A DNA stretch of 13,325 bases, taken from a virus (Duplodnaviria > Heunggongvirae > Uroviricota > Caudoviricetes). Shown in pieces: positions 7,704 to 13,325 of the stretch; within the stretch, counting starts at the first letter, position 1, and every line of letters begins with the position of its first letter. Location: IMG/VR virus record IMGVR_UViG_2724679541_000003; one strand, written 5' to 3'. A model generated the notes under the pieces. The model was not told where the DNA came from, did no database searches, and saw only the letters and a list, made by a program, of their open reading frames with translations. Position numbers and translations under genes: made by a program.

Positions 7704-8402
7704 TTACTGAGAAAGTTTATTGATGGAAAGGAAACCGCCGAAATTACCGGTATTGTTGCGCAACTCACACCCGCGCATACACTTGCTGCATTTGTCCTTC
7801 CGGATATCCGTTGTTGGTTTGTCGAACTCGTCAGCCACTGCCCTGCCCGTGTAACCACACTCATCAGAACGGTAAGTCCACATACAGGTATTCGCCAGCA
7901 TGATACGCCCCGGGAAAACCGCGCCATCCGTCTCCGTTGGTGTGGCCAGCACAAAAGAGGCACTGACCGCGCTCAGTTCGCTGCACTGCTCGATGCGCCA
8001 GCGGCTGATCACCTCCTGTTCCGGATCGGCGTCGCTGTTTCCGTTGACGAAGTTCACCGCATCCAGAAAACGGGCGTAAACCTTACGCCGGACCACCGTT
8101 CCGCCGACCAGACTCTGCAGATCTTCCGCCATCCCGGTGACCATGCCGTGCAGGTTAGAGACCGTCAGTGTCGGACGGGCAGCACAGCCCCTGCCGTTCA
8201 GTTCAAACCCCGACCCCTGAATGGGGTATGCCTGATACTGCCGCCCCTGCCAGGTGACCGGCTCACCTTTTTCGTTCTGCTCATTACAGAAAAAATAACG
8301 CTCACCACCGACCTCTGTCAGATCGATTTCCCAGAGCTCCACCCGGGCTGACTGCTCCGCACGGGTGCATTCATTCAGTGTTTCCTGCCGGATATCCTGC
8401 AT
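7704..8402 (-). CDS. L: Tail tip protein L (232 aa)
   Basis: Near-identical to lambda gpL as recalled (MQDIRQETLNECTRAEQSA ... NFGGFLSINKLSQ). The C-terminal Cys cluster (CSKCMRGC plus upstream Cys) is conserved. The ATG overlaps the M stop by 1 nt. Confidence 0.95.
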   Translation of the reverse strand: MQDIRQETLNECTRAEQSARVELWEIDLTEVGGERYFFCNEQNEKGEPVTWQGRQYQAYPIQGSGFELNGRGCAARPTLTVSNLHGMVTGMAEDLQSLVGGTVVRRKVYARFLDAVNFVNGNSDADPEQEVISRWRIEQCSELSAVSASFVLATPTETDGAVFPGRIMLANTCMWTYRSDECGYTGRAVADEFDKPTTDIRKDKCSKCMRGCELRNNTGNFGGFLSINKLSQ

Positions 8403-8731
8403 CAGTTCACCACCTGTTCAAAATCGGCCGTTACAGTCACCCATAACGCCCCCACGCTTGCCGACCATTTACGACAAACCACCCTGATCAGTTTCCAGTC
8501 ATAAGGTGGCGTCCACTGAAATGCGCGGACGCCACCGTGCCGTTCCAGAAAGGCTTTTAAAGATGGGTGTTCACCTTTACGAACACGTATCGTCACGCTG
8601 TAAGTCGACAACTGGTTATTCAGTCCCGCCGCACGACGCTGTTCATAACCATCGCCCAGCTTCACTGTCACCACTTTCGGCTCTGATACCACATTCATAT
8701 CCGGGCGCACTTTCCAGTGAAACGTCTCCAT
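8402..8731 (-). CDS. M: Tail tip protein M (109 aa)
   Basis: Matches lambda gpM as recalled (M.TF.WKV.P ... GDGY.QR..AGLN ... WTPPY.W ... FEQVVN). The ATG at 8729-8731 overlaps the H stop (TAATG). Confidence 0.95.
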   Translation of the reverse strand: METFHWKVRPDMNVVSEPKVVTVKLGDGYEQRRAAGLNNQLSTYSVTIRVRKGEHPSLKAFLERHGGVRAFQWTPPYDWKLIRVVCRKWSASVGALWVTVTADFEQVVN

Positions 8732-11700
8732 TACCGGTATGCTCCACTTAACCGGCCACCATCACGGGCCTGCTGTTGCATAAAGTCCGCGGCCGCTTTT
8801 TTCCCGAGGTCATAAACCACCTTCAGGGCAGCCGGACCTATCTGCCCGTTCGTGCCGTCGTTATTGATCTCAATGTTGTACTGCGGGGCAAACATCACCA
8901 TGCCTGAACCACCAGTATCCGCCACAACCCCCAGCTTACCATCAGCACCGCGACGCAGTGGCAGAATGGCTTCAGGTCCCGCTTCCCCCATCACACCCGC
9001 GCCTTTTGCAAAAGCAAAAAACGTCGGACGGTTAACCACCGTGCCACTGTAGCGACTCAAATCAGCAGACTGGTAAACACCGCCATCAGCATTAGTCGTG
9101 AAGCCGAATAAAGAACCGACGCCCTTTACCGCCTGCATCATGGCCATCTGTGCCATAATTCTGGCCATATCTGACAACAGGGAAGAGGTGAAGGATTTAA
9201 AATTCAGCTTACCGGTGGTACAGAATGTCGCCAGTGCATTACCGGCACTGCTGAATGCCACTGTAAACATCTGTTCTGCCGTTCCCGCCGCATTATCCGC
9301 ATCCGCCGTAAAATTCTGAAACGCCCGCATGGCACCGTTTTTCCAGTCGCCCTGCGCCACTTCCAGTTCCTGCCAGTAGCGTTTGTTTTCATTCAGTTGT
9401 CGCTTCAGGCTCCCCTTCAGCACCTCCTCAGCCCTCCGGTAGTCCTCCGTCCCGTAAGTGCCTTTCTGGCGACTGTCATTCTCAAGCTGTTGCAACTGTT
9501 GCCGGTATTCCTGCCGGATGCGCAACTGTGCCTGGTAGCGCTGCCGCTGCTTATCCCCCATACCTGCAGTGGCAATATCCAGATTGTGCTGCTCACGCAG
9601 TGCACGTTCTTTGTCTGCCAGCTGGCTGGTCAGCTGAACCGTTTTTTTTCTCAGGTCGTTAAGCGCTGTCTGTTTCTGCAGCTCCTGCTGTTTCACATCC
9701 AGCAGCGTCAGCGCCTGAATCAGCTCATTCTTACGGGCCAGCACACTCTTTTCATCTGCCGTCAGCTTTTTCCCGTCCAGGTCGCTGATGCGCTGCTGCA
9801 GGGCCAGAAGCTGTTTATGCGCTTCAGTCATCCTTTCAGTGGCAATGCCTGCTGACTGTCTGGCAGCAGCAATCTGCCCTTCCACCTGTGCCTGCTGCTG
9901 ACTGTACTGCAGCAATAACCGGGTGGCCTCATCATTACGGGTTGCCCGTGTATTTTTCTTAATGGCTTTTTCGTAACGTTCATTTTCACGCTGTATCGCC
10001 GCATCCCTGACAGCCTGGTCGGCGTACTGCATGGCATTAATACGCGCAATTTCCCGCTGATGTCGTGCAGCTTCCGTTTCATTCATCCGGTTCAGCGCGG
10101 CATTTTCAGCATTCCGGCGTTTCTGTTGCTCCTGGTAATTCCGTTCTGCCTGCGCTTTTGCATCCTGCAAATCCTTCCGGCGTTTTTTCTCCTGAAGATC
10201 GTTAAGACGCTGCTGATCGTACTCCACCTGTGTGGAGGCGTTTGTCCACGGATATTTTTTCGCGCGCTGAATTTTTTCCTGTAACGCATCAATCTGCGCA
10301 TCCAGCGAGTCTTCACGACCAATATTCATGGCCGCATCCCAGAACTGCTTCCACCAGTCAGACAAGGTTTGCAGCGTACTACCCAGCGCATTGAGATTAT
10401 TATCAATATCAGATGTGCGTTTACCGGTTTCCTCTGCCAGCGCAGACATGGCGATCCGGGCCGCATCACTGGACCGCCCCTGCTCCCCAAGGACGCGTAT
10501 CTGCTCAAGCTGAGTGGCATTCAAAAAATGCAGCGCATTGTCCAGCGCCTTCGCGGCATTTACAGGATCATCCTTCAGCCGCTTAAACTGATTTATGGTA
10601 TCGCTGACCGACTGGCCAACCGATCGCTCCATCTGTGCGGCAGCTTTCGCCACCATACCAATATCGTTTCCATGAAATGCCCCACTGCCCACCACCTGTG
10701 CCAGCGCACCGGCTGCCGCATGTTGCGTGATACCATTCCCGGATATGGCCCGGCTGAGTTTCCACAACTGCCCGACAGTGACACCGGCATAATGTCCCGT
10801 CAGCGCCAGCTGACGGTTAAATTTCTCGCCCTCCTTCCGGCCGTCATGCCAGGCTTTACCCAGACCCAGGACCGCCGCGACAAGTCCGCCAATAACGCCG
10901 CCAGTCATCATGCCTTTCGGCGACATCAGTGCGCCTGTCCATCCGGCACGGTTAGCCAGCGTTATCCCGGATCCCCTCAGCGCACCAAAATTGCCTCGCG
11001 CCATCTGACTGATTAACACCCCCAGCTCCCGCCGGGCTGCCGCACTTTTCAGCCCCAGCGAATGTGTGGCTTTTCCTGCCCGCTCCATTTTGCGGATATA
11101 CACTTCTGCAGCACTGCTTACCCCCAGCTGAGCCGCCCTGGCGCGAAGCAACTCAGAAGACGACAGATTCTGGCGGGTTGCCTGCTCTTTAAGCTGGCGG
11201 ATAAACGCCGCTTTCTGCCGGGTGGCCTGTTCCTCTGCCTGCGTCAGGGCACGGGTTTTCGCCGTGATCTCCGAAATCAGCGCCAGATAATCCTGCTGAC
11301 CAACCCCGCCACTGTTTCTGGCCTGTCGGATCTGCTGCTGAATACGCTGTAATTCCTGAAGCCCCGCACCGGCCTGTTTCACACTGTCAATCTGGCGATA
11401 AAAGGCGGCAGCCGCTTTATCCTGCGCCTCCGCCAGTGCCCTGGCCTGCGCCTGTTCCTCGCGCATTTTCTGATTCAGGGCATCCACGCGCAGACGGGTT
11501 TGTTCCACCTCACGGGCCATGCGTTCATGAGCCCGTGCATTCTTCTCCACCGTCTGCGCATGGGCTGATGCTGCTGTTGCAGCCGAAGAAGCCGCCTGCA
11601 TTGTCTGCCGGGCCGCCTGAGTCTGACGCTCCATAAAACGCTGCATACGGGCAGAAGACCGTTCTGCATCGCTGGCTGCACCATTCAGAAGGTTTTTGAT

Positions 11701-11772
11701 ACGGGGAATTTCATTTTTAAACTCTGCCGCATCAATCCCCAAATCAATGACCAGGTTGGCTATCTGGTCCAT
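8731..11772 (-). CDS. H: Tail tape measure protein H (1013 aa from preferred start; 1023 aa if the upstream ATG at 11802 is used)
   Basis: The C-terminus INNDGTNGQIGPAALKVVYDLGKKAAADFMQQQARDGGRLSGAYR matches the lambda gpH C-terminus as recalled. A long Gln/Arg/Glu/Ala-rich helical region and Gly-rich hydrophobic segments are typical of tape measure proteins. Preferred start is ATG 11770-11772 (MDQIANLVIDLGIDAAEF, aligning with lambda MAEPVGDLVVDLSLDAARF), preceded by GGAGG with 8-nt spacing. Confidence 0.9.
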   Translation of the reverse strand: MDQIANLVIDLGIDAAEFKNEIPRIKNLLNGAASDAERSSARMQRFMERQTQAARQTMQAASSAATAASAHAQTVEKNARAHERMAREVEQTRLRVDALNQKMREEQAQARALAEAQDKAAAAFYRQIDSVKQAGAGLQELQRIQQQIRQARNSGGVGQQDYLALISEITAKTRALTQAEEQATRQKAAFIRQLKEQATRQNLSSSELLRARAAQLGVSSAAEVYIRKMERAGKATHSLGLKSAAARRELGVLISQMARGNFGALRGSGITLANRAGWTGALMSPKGMMTGGVIGGLVAAVLGLGKAWHDGRKEGEKFNRQLALTGHYAGVTVGQLWKLSRAISGNGITQHAAAGALAQVVGSGAFHGNDIGMVAKAAAQMERSVGQSVSDTINQFKRLKDDPVNAAKALDNALHFLNATQLEQIRVLGEQGRSSDAARIAMSALAEETGKRTSDIDNNLNALGSTLQTLSDWWKQFWDAAMNIGREDSLDAQIDALQEKIQRAKKYPWTNASTQVEYDQQRLNDLQEKKRRKDLQDAKAQAERNYQEQQKRRNAENAALNRMNETEAARHQREIARINAMQYADQAVRDAAIQRENERYEKAIKKNTRATRNDEATRLLLQYSQQQAQVEGQIAAARQSAGIATERMTEAHKQLLALQQRISDLDGKKLTADEKSVLARKNELIQALTLLDVKQQELQKQTALNDLRKKTVQLTSQLADKERALREQHNLDIATAGMGDKQRQRYQAQLRIRQEYRQQLQQLENDSRQKGTYGTEDYRRAEEVLKGSLKRQLNENKRYWQELEVAQGDWKNGAMRAFQNFTADADNAAGTAEQMFTVAFSSAGNALATFCTTGKLNFKSFTSSLLSDMARIMAQMAMMQAVKGVGSLFGFTTNADGGVYQSADLSRYSGTVVNRPTFFAFAKGAGVMGEAGPEAILPLRRGADGKLGVVADTGGSGMVMFAPQYNIEINNDGTNGQIGPAALKVVYDLGKKAAADFMQQQARDGGRLSGAYR

Positions 11773-12468
11773 AACGCACACCTCCGGAAATACCTTCCCC
11801 AAGATGCATCAGTTCTTCGTCCGTTCGCTCCGGTATCCCGTTCTCTTCCGGTAAAAGGCTGAAATCAGCCACCGCAGCATCGCTGCTGCCGGACACCATT
11901 CTCACGATCAATGCCTTCAGCGAGGCAAACTGCGCATCCATCCACACATCACTGAAGCTCTGCATCCGGAAATAATCGCCCCACTCACCAAGCTCAGTGG
12001 CCGACATATCCGACAGCATCCGCCGCCAGTCTGCCCGCCGGAACTCCCGGGCAAGCCGCATGACAAACTGCATTTCCCGCGTCAGGACTTTTCCGGCGTC
12101 AGCGCCTCATGATCATCATCCCCGGCATTCTCAATGGTCCCCATACCGCTCAGCGACAGAACCCTCTCCGCCCCCGCGCCCAGCGCATCATACGACCATG
12201 TTGTCATAATGGATGCGCAAAGCGTCTCAACATCCTGAGACTGCTCAGCATTCCACAGTGAGCGGGAAACCAGCCAGGCATTGATATCCATTCCCATACG
12301 CAGAAAAGCAATCTGTCGTTCAGCCTCCGGCAGTTCTCCCTCTTGTGCATCAAACTTTGCCGTTCGCTGCTGAACAAACGTCAGATATTCAATTCTCTGC
12401 AGCCCGGACAGCTCACTGAGCACCACGGACTGTTTTTCATAATTAAACGTATCCTGTTTCAGAAACAT
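11744..12468 (-). CDS. T: Tail assembly chaperone GT fusion, made by programmed -1 ribosomal frameshift from G into the T frame
   Basis: The T frame (ORF 11744..12073) is -1 relative to G and is open upstream to 12106, overlapping the last 8 codons of G. A slippery-like heptamer lies in the overlap (12088-12094). Arrangement is as in lambda G/GT. The T segment MQFVMRLAREFRRADWRRMLSDMSATELGEWGDYF ... follows the junction. Confidence 0.65.
12082..12468 (-). CDS. G: Tail assembly chaperone G (about 128 aa)
   Basis: MFLKQDTFNYEKQSVVLSELSGLQRIEYL resembles the lambda gpG N-terminus as recalled (MFLKTESFEHNGVTVTLSELSALQRIEHL). Preferred start is ATG 12466-12468 with GGAG 6 nt upstream. The ORF-track TTG start at 12486 lies inside the upstream terminator U-tract and is rejected. 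TGA at 12082-12084. Confidence 0.85.
   Translation of the reverse strand: MFLKQDTFNYEKQSVVLSELSGLQRIEYLTFVQQRTAKFDAQEGELPEAERQIAFLRMGMDINAWLVSRSLWNAEQSQDVETLCASIMTTWSYDALGAGAERVLSLSGMGTIENAGDDDHEALTPEKS
12088..12094 (-). promoter_or_regulatory. Candidate -1 frameshift slippery site G-GAA-AAG (lambda has G-GGA-AAG)
   Basis: Minus-strand sequence GCC GGA AAA GUC in the T frame and CCG GAA AAG UCC UGA in the G frame. The A-site Lys AAG can re-pair on AAA; the P-site Glu GAA re-pairs on GGA with one G-U pair. It sits 2 codons before the G stop. Confidence 0.5.
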
Positions 12469-12484
12469 CATGTTCTCCGGATGC

Positions 12485-12507
12485 AAAAAGCCCCGGATAA
12501 CCGGGGC
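12485..12507 (-). terminator. Rho-independent terminator-like hairpin between V and G
   Basis: Minus-strand RNA: GCCCCGG-UUAU-CCGGGGC (7-bp GC stem, plus coordinates 12490-12496 / 12501-12507) followed by UUUUU (plus 12485-12489), then the G RBS and start. Confidence 0.55.
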
Positions 12508-12526
12508 AATGATGAGTATCGTCCTG

Positions 12527-13267
12527 TTATGGTGCGCTGACGGTCACCGCAGCCACTGCCACAAACTCTCCGTCAGAGGTCATGCCCACGATGCTGACAC
12601 TGCCCTGCTTCACGCCTTTCACCGTGGCCACAAGCCCGCTCAGGGTCACCGAAGCAGTCTGAGGATCTGACGAATGCACACTGATCGCTTTGTCACTGGC
12701 CCCGTCAGGTTTTACTGTAAAGGTCAGTGTGGTGGTTGCTCCCGCTTTGACACTGACAGATGCCGGTGCCACCGTCAGTCCGGTAACACCCACGGTTTCA
12801 GTGCCTTCCTCTGCCAGATACGGACGCCCCACACCGCTGATTTTCACAGTGCGGGTCATCACGTCTTTTGAGGCAATGGTTTTACCCAGTGAGCTCAGCC
12901 AGCCGCGGAAAACATCAACAGTGCCGTTGGGATATTTGATACGAAACGCGCAGACTTCACCGGAGTCGAACAACTGAACCAGTTTTTTCTGCCCGCTGTC
13001 ACCCGGACGCCAGGCCAGCGTCGCCGAAGTATCACCAACGGATTTCTGCCCCTGGGTTGTCGTTTTCCAGTCTGCATCTTCATCATCGAGATAAGTGTCA
13101 TCTTCTGCATCAGCGGTCATTTCGCCAGGTTGCAGATCCTTCACCATCGCAAGACGCAGCCAGTCAGTGTCCGACAAAGGGTTCGCAAACGCATCGCCGT
13201 TGCCGGTATACATCCAGAACGTCGTCCCCGCACCTTTCGTCTTTGCCAGTGGATTTGGTGTGGTCAT
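12527..13267 (-). CDS. V: Major tail tube protein V (246 aa) with C-terminal Ig-like (Big_2-type) domain
   Basis: Similar to lambda gpV as recalled (.KGAGTT.W.Y.G.GD..ANPLSD.DW.RLA.VKDL.PGE ... YLDDEDADW ... GTVDVFRGW). Preferred start is ATG 13265-13267, 5 nt after AAGGAGG; this gives 246 aa, the same length as lambda V. TAA at 12527-12529. Confidence 0.95.
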   Translation of the reverse strand: MTTPNPLAKTKGAGTTFWMYTGNGDAFANPLSDTDWLRLAMVKDLQPGEMTADAEDDTYLDDEDADWKTTTQGQKSVGDTSATLAWRPGDSGQKKLVQLFDSGEVCAFRIKYPNGTVDVFRGWLSSLGKTIASKDVMTRTVKISGVGRPYLAEEGTETVGVTGLTVAPASVSVKAGATTTLTFTVKPDGASDKAISVHSSDPQTASVTLSGLVATVKGVKQGSVSIVGMTSDGEFVAVAAVTVSAP

Positions 13268-13272
13268 TACCA

Positions 13273-13279
13273 CCTCCTT
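13273..13279 (-). promoter_or_regulatory. Shine-Dalgarno AAGGAGG for V
   Basis: Plus strand cctcctt at 13273-13279 gives AAGGAGG on the minus strand, 5 nt upstream of the V ATG. Confidence 0.6.
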
Positions 13280-13325
13280 AATTCGTGTACGTGATCTGGT
13301 ACGTGATTTCCGCCATCGCCCAGGT
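13278..13325 (-). CDS. U: Tail terminator protein U, C-terminal fragment (3' end only; gene continues beyond the window)
   Basis: The minus-strand frame ending at TAA (13278-13280) encodes ...TWAMAEITYQITYTN*. This resembles the lambda gpU C-terminus as I recall it (...LTYVITYEM), and the position immediately upstream of V matches lambda. Only 15 codons are visible. Confidence 0.4.
   Translation of the reverse strand, partial: TWAMAEITYQITYTN

Noticed and set aside
6956-7963. Long ORF-track versions of genes: K starting at 7963, stf at 2188, H at 11802, G at TTG 12486, V at GTG 13273, tfa-like at ATG 784
   Set aside because: The extensions run through the upstream gene or through intergenic terminator hairpins, lack Shine-Dalgarno sequences, and are absent from the lambda homologues as recalled. 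Internal starts with good RBS spacing were preferred.
7698-8351. 217-aa plus-strand ORF antisense to L; likewise 10369..11016 and 9397..9855 antisense to H, and 1690..2172 and 1517..1855 antisense to stf
   Set aside because: All lie wholly inside well-supported minus-strand tail genes and have low-complexity, Arg/Pro/His/Cys-rich translations. Judged to be antisense shadow ORFs.
1-13325. CRISPR array, tRNA or tmRNA, IS element or integrase, toxin-antitoxin or defence-system genes
   Set aside because: No direct-repeat/spacer periodicity, no cloverleaf-like conserved tRNA motifs, no transposase or recombinase-like ORFs and no terminal inverted repeats were seen. All long ORFs are accounted for by tail structural genes.

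Overview
The window is almost entirely one minus-strand operon: the tail morphogenesis module of a lambda-like (lambdoid, siphovirus-type) phage or prophage, colinear with lambda U-V-G-T-H-M-L-K-I-J-lom-stf-tfa. Reading from the right end to the left: a C-terminal fragment of U, major tail protein V, chaperones G and GT (with a -1 frameshift site), tape measure H, tip proteins M and L, K, I, host-specificity protein J, a Lom outer-membrane moron flanked by hairpin terminators, a short Stf-like side tail fibre, an uncharacterised 117-aa ORF, and a tail-fibre-assembly-like gene. All protein identifications rest on recalled similarity to lambda proteins, not on a database search. L, M, K, I and most of J look nearly identical to lambda, whereas V, G, T, H, the J C-terminus, Lom and the Stf C-terminus are divergent, so the module appears mosaic. 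I see no defence-system-like genes, CRISPR array, tRNA or IS element, and no convincing evidence for a novel multi-gene system. The least explained part is the left-end cargo region (1-1088) together with the unusual Stf C-terminal domain. Most long plus-strand ORFs are antisense shadows of GC-rich tail genes.
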